Below, in pieces: positions 36,604 to 45,072 of a DNA stretch of 64,000 bases (within the stretch, counting starts at the first letter, position 1; every line of letters starts with the position of its first letter). The notes under the pieces are model-generated. The model saw nothing but the letters and a program-made list of their open reading frames with translations. It did not search any database and was not told the origin of the DNA. The DNA is from a virus, in the IMG/VR virus record IMGVR_UViG_3300028536_000015, positions 1 to 64,000 of that record; one strand, written 5' to 3'. Position numbers and translations under genes: made by a program.

Positions 36604-36783
36604 ATGGTCGCAGATCAACGCAAAGGTGCGCGTGCTCGTGCTCGGAACCGTATCAACACCATGTTGGACAATATGGTTGCCGCCAGCGAAACACCGCAAA
36701 CCGCCACGTTCTCTAACGCCGCATGTTCCTCCGATATGGAGCATATGCGTTGGGCCGATGATGGCGGGCGACATCACGACTAA
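36604..36783 (+). CDS. Early hypothetical protein
   Basis: ATG at 36604 after AGAGGGAAA; ends RWADDGG. Confidence 0.6.
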   Translation: MVADQRKGARARARNRINTMLDNMVAASETPQTATFSNAACSSDMEHMRWADDGGRHHD

Positions 36784-36854
36784 TGTTTCGGCATGGGCAG
36801 GGAATTATACCTGCCCATTGCGAAGCATTATCGCTTCACAAGAGGGAAATTACC

Positions 36855-37043
36855 ATGACTGACAAAGGGATGCACACCGCAAGCGCCGGACATGGCCAGG
36901 ATTGGGGGATTGATAATCTCTCAACTGCCCATGATCACGGGCGCGTTGTTCCGCCCATCGCCTATCAGACGCCGGATGTGACTGTCTATGATATCGGTCA
37001 CGAAAACGACGACCTGATCACGTCAGGTGATACCAATGTCTGA
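36855..37043 (+). CDS. Early hypothetical protein
   Basis: ATG after the element-2 RBS. Confidence 0.55.
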   Translation: MTDKGMHTASAGHGQDWGIDNLSTAHDHGRVVPPIAYQTPDVTVYDIGHENDDLITSGDTNV

Positions 37044-37107
37044 TGAAGGTACTGCGCTTCTGGCGCTGATGATCCTCATCGCCTTTACATTCGTTGTCTT
37101 GCTCTAA
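37036..37107 (+). CDS. 23-aa single-TM peptide
   Basis: MSDEGTALLALMILIAFTFVVLL; its stop begins element 3. Confidence 0.45.
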   Translation: MSDEGTALLALMILIAFTFVVLL

Positions 37108-37168
37108 TGTTTCGGCATGCAGCATTCGTGCTGCATAGCGAAGCATTACGCTTCAAGAGGGAAAGACT

Positions 37169-37732
37169 ATGCCAACAATCGAGTTTAGCAATGCATTCGA
37201 CGCGACAAACAAGCGCGTTCTGTCCGAAGTGTTCGCTATCGTCATCAAGAAACTTGATCTCACTGAAGATTTCAAGGTCAAGGTCTCGATGGAGTTTATG
37301 GATAACAGAAGCCTTTATGCGCGGGTTGCGCGGGGAGGCGAAAAGCTGTTCCTGATGGAAATGAACAGCAACGGCTTCAACCTATTCGACGCAACTGCCG
37401 CGTTTGGACACGAGCTGATCCACGTGCAGCAGCACATCAAGGGTTGGTTGCGCGTCAAGAATACAGGCAAGGTTTGGTCCGATGGGCTCTATTGGAAGGG
37501 CGAATTCTATTCCGCTCTTCATCTGATGCTCAACGGCTCCAGCAACTGCGTTCCTTGGGAAATCGACGCTTGGAAACGCATGGGTGAGCTGCACAAATAC
37601 GTGGTCTCTCATTTGCCGCCGGCTGATGCCGCGCTGATCGATATCACCAAATCGACCGGCCTTAAAGATACTTGGAATGCAGACTATGCATCTTGGAAAG
37701 AGTGCGAAGAGATTTTTTCTCTTAAACACTAA
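37169..37732 (+). CDS. Zincin-like metallopeptidase
   Basis: GHELIHVQQ (HExxH) ... PWEIDA. Confidence 0.75.
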   Translation: MPTIEFSNAFDATNKRVLSEVFAIVIKKLDLTEDFKVKVSMEFMDNRSLYARVARGGEKLFLMEMNSNGFNLFDATAAFGHELIHVQQHIKGWLRVKNTGKVWSDGLYWKGEFYSALHLMLNGSSNCVPWEIDAWKRMGELHKYVVSHLPPADAALIDITKSTGLKDTWNADYASWKECEEIFSLKH

Positions 37733-37842
37733 ATCGCTTCTGTCCTGCCGCGTACCTAATAAGCCTTGAGGAAGGCTTCTCAGGCTTTCTCAAGTACGCG
37801 GCAGTGAGAAGCGATTAAGCTTCATGAAGAGGGAAACTTCAA

Positions 37843-38064
37843 ATGACCAAAGCAACAAGCAAGTCTTGGGATGAGGTTCATGCCGAGCGCGTGGCCTATC
37901 GGCGCGCTCACAATAACCAGCCCAATGGCTACCGGCCTGTTACGGAAGCGGAATTGCAGACGCAACGGAAAGAACTGTTTAGCGAATTGGAACCGGATAT
38001 CAATCCGGAAACCAAAATCGTGAGCATTCTCGATCCGAATTTCGGCAAGGTCAAAGCGGCTTAG
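37843..38064 (+). CDS. Early hypothetical protein
   Basis: RBS plus ATG after element 4. Confidence 0.65.
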   Translation: MTKATSKSWDEVHAERVAYRRAHNNQPNGYRPVTEAELQTQRKELFSELEPDINPETKIVSILDPNFGKVKAA

Positions 38065-38138
38065 CTTTTCGACACTGCGGAGTTTAATCTCCGCAGCACG
38101 AAGCGCTGATGCTTCAAAAGAGGGAAAGAAATTCTACC

Positions 38139-38294
38139 ATGCAAATCTTCAGTGACAGTGACGACTTGCCGATGAAGGCTGAAAAACGTGCCGAGACTTC
38201 ATTGCTCAAATCCTTGTTTTACGAGGATGTTGCAATGAGCGCCGGCTGGGTCTTCATCATCCTGTGCGTTCTCGTGATTGCGGAGTGGGGCTGA
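38139..38294 (+). CDS. Small membrane protein
   Basis: ATG at 38139; C-terminal TM. Confidence 0.55.
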   Translation: MQIFSDSDDLPMKAEKRAETSLLKSLFYEDVAMSAGWVFIILCVLVIAEWG

Positions 38295-38488
38295 TGAAAA
38301 AGATCAAAATCCCTCACCCTGTGCTCCAATGCCCAAAGGTCAGGAAGCGCCGCGTAGAAGCGGGTATTCTGATCGTTGTGTGCGTGGCGCTGGGCGCGCA
38401 TTACATCATTCCGGACTACGAAGCTGTGATGAATTTCGCAGCCAGTTTTCTGTTCTGGCTTGAACCGAAAATTGCGGTTGAAGTCTAA
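38294..38488 (+). CDS. Small membrane protein
   Basis: TGATG overlap. Confidence 0.55.
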   Translation: MKKIKIPHPVLQCPKVRKRRVEAGILIVVCVALGAHYIIPDYEAVMNFAASFLFWLEPKIAVEV

Positions 38489-38598
38489 GCGTTTCGGCAT
38501 GGGCTGGTTTATCCAGCCCATAGCGAAGCTCTTGAAGCTTTACATGAAAATGGTTGAGAAACCATCCTCATGGTTTATCAATGGAGAGGGAAATACAA

Positions 38599-38754
38599 AT
38601 GGCTAAATGTGTTAAGAGCAAGCGTAACGGCAACATCATCAGGGTTTCTGATGAGGAAGCCGCGCGGCTTGTGAAAGAAAGCGATTTCGCATATGCGCCC
38701 AAGAGCGAGTATCGGGCATATATCGCCAAGACTGCCGAGGTGACCCATGCCTGA
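38599..38754 (+). CDS. Small hypothetical protein
   Basis: IIRVSDEEA...YAPKSEY. Confidence 0.6.
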   Translation: MAKCVKSKRNGNIIRVSDEEAARLVKESDFAYAPKSEYRAYIAKTAEVTHA

Positions 38755-38914
38755 TATCAATGATATGATGGCCTGGGAAAACGGCGAAATGAATGAAGAC
38801 CGCGAGGACAAGCTGTTCCAACAGCTTGTTGATAGCGGCTTGGCTTGGACGCTCCAGGGTATGTATGGGCGTCGGGCATCGCAGCTATTGAGAGAACGGA
38901 GAATTCACCGTTAA
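38747..38914 (+). CDS. Conserved small phage protein (55 aa)
   Basis: Own translation containing FQQLVDSGLAWTLQGMYGRRA. Confidence 0.65.
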   Translation: MPDINDMMAWENGEMNEDREDKLFQQLVDSGLAWTLQGMYGRRASQLLRERRIHR

Positions 38915-38976
38915 TGTTCATGTCCTGCCGCGTAAGCGCGGTAGTGATGAGCATTTGCTCAAAGAGGGAGAGACCT

Positions 38977-39390
38977 ATGTCTAAACACAATGTGAGAATG
39001 TTGAAAATGGATATCCATGAGACGCCCAAAGCGTTCAATATCAATGGTATCACATTTTCCAAAAAACGCCTTACTGAACTGTTCCCCGGCTGTGGATGCG
39101 ACATCAAGACGTTCTATCGGCTAATGATTATCATGCCGTTCTTTGCGTCTCAAAAGAGCGTGGAAGAAGCCCCAACGGTTACAGGCAAATACGCCATCGC
39201 CAAGGCCAAACGGATTTTCGAAAACATCGGCCTGGATGACGCGTCTATTCTGCCGTTCATGCAGATTGCGGCGCAACTCGGCGAGCTTCAAATCCCGGAA
39301 TGCCTGGATGATATCACAGAACAGTGCCACGATCAGATTTGCGGCTGTGGCGCGAAGGTTTCACCGGGTACCAAAAATACCCTTCATTAA
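38977..39390 (+). CDS. Hypothetical protein
   Basis: ATG after element 7. Confidence 0.6.
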   Translation: MSKHNVRMLKMDIHETPKAFNINGITFSKKRLTELFPGCGCDIKTFYRLMIIMPFFASQKSVEEAPTVTGKYAIAKAKRIFENIGLDDASILPFMQIAAQLGELQIPECLDDITEQCHDQICGCGAKVSPGTKNTLH

Positions 39391-39398
39391 CGGAGGGT

Positions 39399-40331
39399 AT
39401 GATGGACTTAGCTAAGAGCGCGATGCTAGTAAGCGTCAATATCGTGAATGGCGGATTGCTGGGAGAACGTAAAAACGCAAAAGCAACGGCCCTGATCCAC
39501 AAGACCTATTCTATTGCTGATAAGCGTGCCAAAGCCAGCACGTTCTTGATTGACCGTAAGCATCCTAAAGTCAAAGCGGTTGTCGCAGCCTCACAACGCG
39601 TGCGCGAAGTCCTATATAAGTATACGCTATCATGGGGCGACGACAAAACGAGGCTTCTTTCGATTTCCGTGCATGAGCTTTTCAGCAAGAAAATATCCGA
39701 AGCAGAGGCTGAATTGCGGGAGGCGTGGGATGAGTATCTCCATGTTTATCCGTCGTTGGTTGCCGATAGCGAGCGCAAGGAAAGCGGCTTAGGCGGCCTG
39801 TTTGATGCGTCTCAATATCCAAGCGTCAAGAAGGCCAGAGAGCTTTTTGCTTTTAAGCTCACCTATTGGCCGGTTCCTAGCTCGGGTAACTTTGTTGCGG
39901 ACATCGCCACGGAAGCAGCGGCAAAAGCCAAAGCTGATATGGCGCTGGAGATCGAGACCCGGCTCAAGACAAGCGCGCAAGAACTTGTCAATCGAGGGCG
40001 TGAAGCCGTTGCTACCTTGATGGAGCGGCTTCAGTCTTTCAATAAAAAGGCTGACGGCAAGATTATTAAGGATAGCTTGATCAAAAACCTGGAAGAGGTT
40101 GCCCATCTGATCGAAGACATGAATATCACGGGAAATTCTGAGATTTATACCATGGCTCATAGGATCAGGCGGCTTTCTAAGGTCAGCGCCGTAGGGTATC
40201 GAATGAGCCCTCAGTTTAGGGCTAATGGACTTTCTCTCGGGGAAGCCATCCTTAAAGAACAGATCGACTTGGATACGCTCGATTTGGAAGTATCTGAAAT
40301 GGTTGCAGAAGCAGGTGAATACGAGTTTTGA
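39399..40331 (+). CDS. DUF3150-like helical protein
   Basis: YTLSWGD..RLL and YPS motifs; typical neighbour of MoxR/VWA pairs. Confidence 0.6.
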   Translation: MMDLAKSAMLVSVNIVNGGLLGERKNAKATALIHKTYSIADKRAKASTFLIDRKHPKVKAVVAASQRVREVLYKYTLSWGDDKTRLLSISVHELFSKKISEAEAELREAWDEYLHVYPSLVADSERKESGLGGLFDASQYPSVKKARELFAFKLTYWPVPSSGNFVADIATEAAAKAKADMALEIETRLKTSAQELVNRGREAVATLMERLQSFNKKADGKIIKDSLIKNLEEVAHLIEDMNITGNSEIYTMAHRIRRLSKVSAVGYRMSPQFRANGLSLGEAILKEQIDLDTLDLEVSEMVAEAGEYEF

Positions 40332-40485
40332 GTGCCTTAAAACTACCACATTATTATGGTTTACAGAAAGCTTGAACGAGAGGGAATATGGAAATCTTCT
40401 TTATGCTCTACGCCTTAGGACAGGCGATGTTACTTGTTTTGTCCACAAGACGACTAGCGAAAAACCCCCATCAGAAGGAATAGCA

Positions 40486-40665
40486 ATGCCAGCACCGTTA
40501 CCGGATGATATCACGATTGATATCAAACTTTCTGTAGCCCGCGTCGCATGTGAGTTAGCCAAAAACTATATCATAATGATGCAGGGTGATCCACGCGATA
40601 ATCCGCACGGCGATAAGGTTTTAGCGGCCGTTTTGGATCAATTGGACGAAGCGTTGAAAGAATAA
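40486..40665 (+). CDS. Hypothetical protein (start uncertain)
   Basis: AAGGA RBS; its stop begins element 8. Confidence 0.45.
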   Translation: MPAPLPDDITIDIKLSVARVACELAKNYIIMMQGDPRDNPHGDKVLAAVLDQLDEALKE

Positions 40666-40731
40666 GCTTTCATGTCCACTGGCTTACGAGCCAGTGAGAT
40701 GAGCGCTTATGCTCAAAGAGGGAGACCTTAA

Positions 40732-41769
40732 ATGCTGAAATGCAAAATTACACAGCTTGCTGACGTTGTGTATCCTTTGATCCACGCGAATATTCCCGTG
40801 ATGATCAAAGGACCTACCGGGGTCGGCAAGTCTGCGGTGATCAATACGGAGATCATGTCCCGTATCCGCACGGATTTCGGACAGGCTTCGAGGCTGCATG
40901 ATATCAGGCTTTCCACAAAAGATATTGTGGATGGCACTGGCATGCCGCTGATCGATCGCGAGAAGATGGCCACCTATTGGACGCGGCCCGCGTTTGTTCC
41001 GGAAGATGACGGCGAAATGCATGTCATGTTCCTTGACGAGTTCGGCCATGCGAATGTTCAACTCCAGCAGATGTCTTATCAGTTGGTGTTGGATCGTTCG
41101 TGCGGCGGATATCCATTGCCCAAAAAGAACCGCATTATCCTTGGCTCGAACACCAGGGAAGACGGCGGCGGCGACAACAAGATGTTGAAGCCGCTGGAAA
41201 ATCGTATGGCACATATCCAGGTGGAAGTCGATGAGATGGGCTTCATTGAGTTGATCAAGAAGTGGGGATGGGACAAGCGTCTGATTGCTTTCCTCAACCT
41301 GCGCCCTGAGTTGATCCATAAGGTGGACCCGAACCATCCGTCCTTTCCGACGCCGCGCTCTCTTGAGAACTTCAACAAAGTCCTTCAGGACCCGGCGCTG
41401 GCTCATTTGGACCCCAAGCCGCTCAAGTCTGTCCTGGAAAGCGCCGCGAGGTCTATCTTGGGCGAGGGGTTTGCGCATCAGTTCAGCACGTTCCTGGATC
41501 GTATCACCGCTGGTCTGCCCAAGATCGCAGATATCCTGGCGGACCCGACCAAGGCCAAGATGCCCGCTGATGCCCATTTCCAGTGGCTGATTGCCGGCAC
41601 CATCTCGCGCAACATGAACGCCAAGAATGCCCCGGCGTTCGCCAAGTACTTGGCTCGCATGTCGCCTGACATTGCGTCCATGTGTGTTCATGATGCAATC
41701 TCGCGGGATCGTGCTTTGGGCGATGTTGTTTCGCTCAAGGCGCTGTTGTTGGAAGGATCGGGGAAGTAA
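40732..41769 (+). CDS. MoxR-like AAA+ ATPase
   Basis: GPTGVGKS, MFLDEF, LENRM and FPTPRS. Confidence 0.85.
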   Translation: MLKCKITQLADVVYPLIHANIPVMIKGPTGVGKSAVINTEIMSRIRTDFGQASRLHDIRLSTKDIVDGTGMPLIDREKMATYWTRPAFVPEDDGEMHVMFLDEFGHANVQLQQMSYQLVLDRSCGGYPLPKKNRIILGSNTREDGGGDNKMLKPLENRMAHIQVEVDEMGFIELIKKWGWDKRLIAFLNLRPELIHKVDPNHPSFPTPRSLENFNKVLQDPALAHLDPKPLKSVLESAARSILGEGFAHQFSTFLDRITAGLPKIADILADPTKAKMPADAHFQWLIAGTISRNMNAKNAPAFAKYLARMSPDIASMCVHDAISRDRALGDVVSLKALLLEGSGK

Positions 41770-41770
41770 G

Positions 41771-42007
41771 ATGCAGGATTTATTTTATCTTCTTGCATCG
41801 ATCTTTCTAATCTTGATGATGGCGTGGATGTTTAGCCGCTCAGGATTTGACGATAGCGACAAGAGCCGTAGCGAGCGTTCTGGTTTGATGATCTTCACGG
41901 ATCACAAGACTGGTTGCCAATACGTTGGAACTATCCTTGGAGGTATTACTCCGCGCCTTACCTCGCAAGGTACTATTCTCTGTGTTTCCGAAGAGAAAAA
42001 AGATTGA
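41771..42007 (+). CDS. Small membrane protein (TDHKTGCQY family)
   Basis: N-terminal TM; RSGLMIFTDHKTGCQY..GGITPRL. Confidence 0.65.
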   Translation: MQDLFYLLASIFLILMMAWMFSRSGFDDSDKSRSERSGLMIFTDHKTGCQYVGTILGGITPRLTSQGTILCVSEEKKD

Positions 42008-42114
42008 CGTTTCCACTCATGGGCTTACGAGCCCATGCAGGAAGCGCCTAATGCTTTACATAAGAAAGCTTGAGTAAGCATTCTTATGGTTCATCAAGAA
42101 AGAGGGAGATATTA

Positions 42115-43344
42115 ATGTTTGGAATGAAACCGAATGCAATGCGGCGGATGCTTCTGGCGCGGGAGCGGATCGCGAGAAAGAACCCGTTCTTTGCATCCAT
42201 CTTGTTCGGCGCCAATATCATCGAGAGCAAAAAGCATCAGACGATTTGGAGCGATGGATTGAACATCCTTTTCAATAAAGACTATGTTGAAGAGGGGAAC
42301 AATGACAAATACATTGAGGGAGATGTCCTTCACTCCGTTCTACACTGTGCCTTGCTGCATCATCCTCGCAAGCGCTATCGCGATCCCAAGAGATGGAATG
42401 AAGCCTGCGACTATCCTGTCAACGCCGTGGTCAAGGACTACTTTCCTTTGTCCCCGGATGCCTTGACCAGCCAGAAGTATGGCGCCTTGGCACCGGAAGC
42501 TGTCTATGAACTGCTTCAGAGACAAGAAGAAAAGCAGCAAGGCAAAGGCAAGCCTCAGAAGTCCAAGGGTAAGCCTGAGAAGGGCGACAAAGGAGACGAC
42601 AGTGGGCAGGGCGAGAACGATGAGAATGATCAGGACGATGGTGAGGGGCAGGAAAAAGAACAGCCCGGCACCATGTTTGAGCCTGACCCTGAGGATCAGG
42701 AACAGGATAGCGAGGAAAACGAGCGTCAGTGGAAAAGAGTTCTCACCGGCGCGATCGAGAAATCGCCTCCTGGGACCATGCCGGGAAGTCTCCAGCGCCT
42801 GATCCTGGATATCTTTCCAAAAGACAAGATCGATTGGAAGGACCTGATCCGGGATATGTCACGGGATGCCAAATCGAAGGCTACCAGAACGTGGCATCGG
42901 CCTAATCGGCGCCGCCTTGGCAATGATGAGTATATGCCGGGCTATGGCAACGATAACGTCTACAAGCTTGTCATGTGCCTGGATGTCTCGGGTTCGGTCA
43001 GTCAGCAAATGATCCAGGAAATGTGCGATGAGGCCGCAAGCCTTCTCGATCAGGACCTGGTCACGAATGTTACGCTGATCTCCGTCGATACGCGCATTCA
43101 GAATGTCTTGGAGGCAACAACCGGCGAGGATATCAAGGGTTGGAACGCAGGGGGCGGGGGAGGAACAGACTTCCGCAGCGCCATGGATACTATCGGCAAG
43201 ATGGAGGATGTCATTGGCTGTATCTTTCTGACAGACATGGCCACGAGTTCCTTTGGTACCGAGCCCCCGTTTGGGGTAGTATGGGTCGATTGGAGCGGTG
43301 GTGGCAGCAAGGCGCCTTATGGGCGCACTGTTTCTTACCGCTGA
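42115..43344 (+). CDS. DUF2201-type metallopeptidase-like plus VWA domain protein
   Basis: HSVLH..WNEACD; acidic linker; DVSGS MIDAS, GGGGTDF and FLTD. Confidence 0.82.
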   Translation: MFGMKPNAMRRMLLARERIARKNPFFASILFGANIIESKKHQTIWSDGLNILFNKDYVEEGNNDKYIEGDVLHSVLHCALLHHPRKRYRDPKRWNEACDYPVNAVVKDYFPLSPDALTSQKYGALAPEAVYELLQRQEEKQQGKGKPQKSKGKPEKGDKGDDSGQGENDENDQDDGEGQEKEQPGTMFEPDPEDQEQDSEENERQWKRVLTGAIEKSPPGTMPGSLQRLILDIFPKDKIDWKDLIRDMSRDAKSKATRTWHRPNRRRLGNDEYMPGYGNDNVYKLVMCLDVSGSVSQQMIQEMCDEAASLLDQDLVTNVTLISVDTRIQNVLEATTGEDIKGWNAGGGGGTDFRSAMDTIGKMEDVIGCIFLTDMATSSFGTEPPFGVVWVDWSGGGSKAPYGRTVSYR

Positions 43345-43399
43345 TGCTTAAACACAGAGGCTTACAAGCCTCTGCATTAAGCACCATTAGGAGGGAAAC

Positions 43400-43696
43400 A
43401 TGAGAGATTACGTAGAACGTTCCTTGCTGATCAAGGGCCCATGGAATTTAGACGGAACAGAAGATTTGAGTCATTGGGGTAATGCCACCTTCATAAGGCA
43501 TATTACACCAAAGGGACCTGTAATAGAAATGAACCAAGGGGACCAATGGCATACCAGCATTCATAAAGTTCCGGGGCTCAATATTCCATATTGGCTATCC
43601 GGAAGACTACCTGAGGAATATAAGCAGATAAGATATTTTCCAGACGCTGATCCGTTTGATGACGTGGTATGTCTGGAGGGAGGAAATGATGCGTGA
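43400..43696 (+). CDS. Hypothetical protein, paralog of the next gene
   Basis: WNLDGTEDLSHW. Confidence 0.6.
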   Translation: MRDYVERSLLIKGPWNLDGTEDLSHWGNATFIRHITPKGPVIEMNQGDQWHTSIHKVPGLNIPYWLSGRLPEEYKQIRYFPDADPFDDVVCLEGGNDA

Positions 43697-43997
43697 TATA
43701 TTCGATGAGTATACCTGGAACCTGACAGGGCAAGAAGACCTGAACAGTTGGCGCCATCAAACTCAAAAATGGTACAAGACAAAAAGAGGGTGGTTTCTAA
43801 CCACTACGGAAGACTACGGTTCAGTAATTCAACATTGGTTCTCTACGAATTCTGATAGTGATCTTCTTCCTGTATGGAACTTATGGGATGGAGCGATACT
43901 GCCTTATGATATCCTCGATGCTGAAGCTAACTGGGATCATAGTTTCGATTTGATCGATATCGAGCTGGCTGAGATGATCATGAAGGGGGAGCTTTAG
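43686..43997 (+). CDS. Hypothetical protein, paralog of the previous gene
   Basis: WNLTGQEDLNSW. Confidence 0.6.
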   Translation: MMRDIFDEYTWNLTGQEDLNSWRHQTQKWYKTKRGWFLTTTEDYGSVIQHWFSTNSDSDLLPVWNLWDGAILPYDILDAEANWDHSFDLIDIELAEMIMKGEL

Positions 43998-44009
43998 AGG
44001 GAGGCAAGA

Positions 44010-44340
44010 GCACGGCTTGGTTATCATCATCAATCTTTACACCAAGTTTCCATAGCCGCTCCCCGCTCTCTCCCGGCTAGGTAAAGCCAGAGCAGTGGGA
44101 GCCAGCTAGCGCGTATCCCTGAGGTACCCGATATCGGGGGGTCAGCCGCCCGGCCTGCATTTGAGTTGCAGAACTGCCGTACATGCCTCAGGTACAGGCA
44201 TAGCCTTGGCGGCATTTGCCTGGGTCGGGGTTTACCCCGCGCTTCGTCCTTGGAATTCCGCCAAGCCGCCTTAGGAGATGGGATTTCGACCTGCTCAGAC
44301 GGCTAAAAGCCGGGCTGTGGGACTTTTTCGGGTTGATTAA
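44010..44340. ncRNA. Candidate structured RNA
   Basis: GC-rich, multi-hairpin, no credible ORF. Confidence 0.3.
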
Positions 44341-44408
44341 CTGTTACACTATGACTATAAGAAGCCTGTGCACAATTTCTGGATCGTCCTCAAAGTCAAT
44401 CCAGCCCG

Positions 44409-44440
44409 AAGCCGTCCTGCTCCTACAGGGCGGCTTTTGT
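44409..44440 (+). terminator. Intrinsic terminator between convergent units
   Basis: AAGCCGTCCTG-ctccta-CAGGGCGGCTT followed by TTGT. Confidence 0.6.
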
Positions 44441-44470
44441 GGTTCTGCACTAAGATGTTGCGTATGTCAA

Positions 44471-44977
44471 TTAGTTGCCAGATTTTTCATCAGTCGGTGG
44501 TATTAGAATATTCCCGTCCTCCAGCTTGACGCCCAACGTATTTTCTATCGTTTTAGCATCCATTCCCAGTTCCTTGAGTTCCCCTTTAATGTAGCTGAGC
44601 AGTTGTTCCGGCGATTGATTATCAAAATCCCCAGGACCGCCAACCTCTTTGCGATCCAAAAACATGCGGAACATCTCGCCGCCAAGAAGCTTCGCGTTAG
44701 TGGCAGCCGCCGCCATCTGGCCTAGCTTTCGGCTCAGTTCCCAATCATCGAAAACGCGCTGTAGGATTTGCGAGCGGGAGAGCTGAGCCCTCCTAGCGTT
44801 GACATCCATTAGCTCATTGACGCGCCTCCTAATGACCTTGCGGGCCATCCTGCGGGAGGCGGCCAGTGGCGGGTTACCAGAAGTTCCACCTGTCTCCAGG
44901 TAGGCATCAGCGGGTTCCTTGCCGGCGACCACCATCTGGCAGAACCGCTCGTCTTCTAGGTTTCTTAGAACTCCCAT
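44471..44977 (-). CDS. terS: Terminase small subunit (putative)
   Basis: LRNLEDERFCQMVVAGK..ADAYLETG...ASRR HTH N-terminus typical of TerS. Confidence 0.65.
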   Translation of the reverse strand: MGVLRNLEDERFCQMVVAGKEPADAYLETGGTSGNPPLAASRRMARKVIRRRVNELMDVNARRAQLSRSQILQRVFDDWELSRKLGQMAAAATNAKLLGGEMFRMFLDRKEVGGPGDFDNQSPEQLLSYIKGELKELGMDAKTIENTLGVKLEDGNILIPPTDEKSGN

Positions 44978-45006
44978 GCAAATCCTCTTAATCCTCTTGA
45001 GAGAGT

Positions 45007-45051
45007 AAAAAAGACCCCCTGAGAGTTATCCCAGAGGGTCTAAGAAAAAGC
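45007..45051 (-). terminator. Intrinsic terminator after the AAA gene
   Basis: AGACCCTCTGGGA-taac-TCTCAGGGGGTCT followed by a T run. Confidence 0.65.
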
Positions 45052-45072
45052 AACATATCGGATGGGGGAGGA

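Larger units (their letters stand above)
36475..43399 (+). repeat. Ten dispersed intergenic hairpin-switch elements
   Basis: Start at 36475, 36781, 37105, 37732, 38062, 38486, 38912, 40663, 42005 and 43342; conserved fold with covariation, each ending in (A/G)GAGGGA plus ATG. Confidence 0.85.

Noticed and set aside
35321-36802. KOPS octamers (GGGCAGGG) flanking dif
   Set aside because: The copies noticed point away from dif and are too few to interpret.
38912-38976. Hammerhead ribozyme suggested by TGATGAG
   Set aside because: The CUGAUGA and GAAA core with three stems is not present, and the other elements lack the motif.
40684-41691. Long antisense ORF (335 aa) and similar shadow ORFs
   Set aside because: They lie opposite well-supported genes, have no motifs, and are expected from codon bias.
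36475-43399. CRISPR array or canonical integron
   Set aside because: The repeats are conserved in structure, not sequence, and are separated by whole genes. There are no cas genes, no intI and no RYYYAAC/GTTRRRY cores.
44300-44335. RNase P RNA suggested by minus-strand GAAAAAGTCC and CCCGGCTT
   Set aside because: The two segments are adjacent rather than at opposite ends of the molecule, and other conserved regions were not found.
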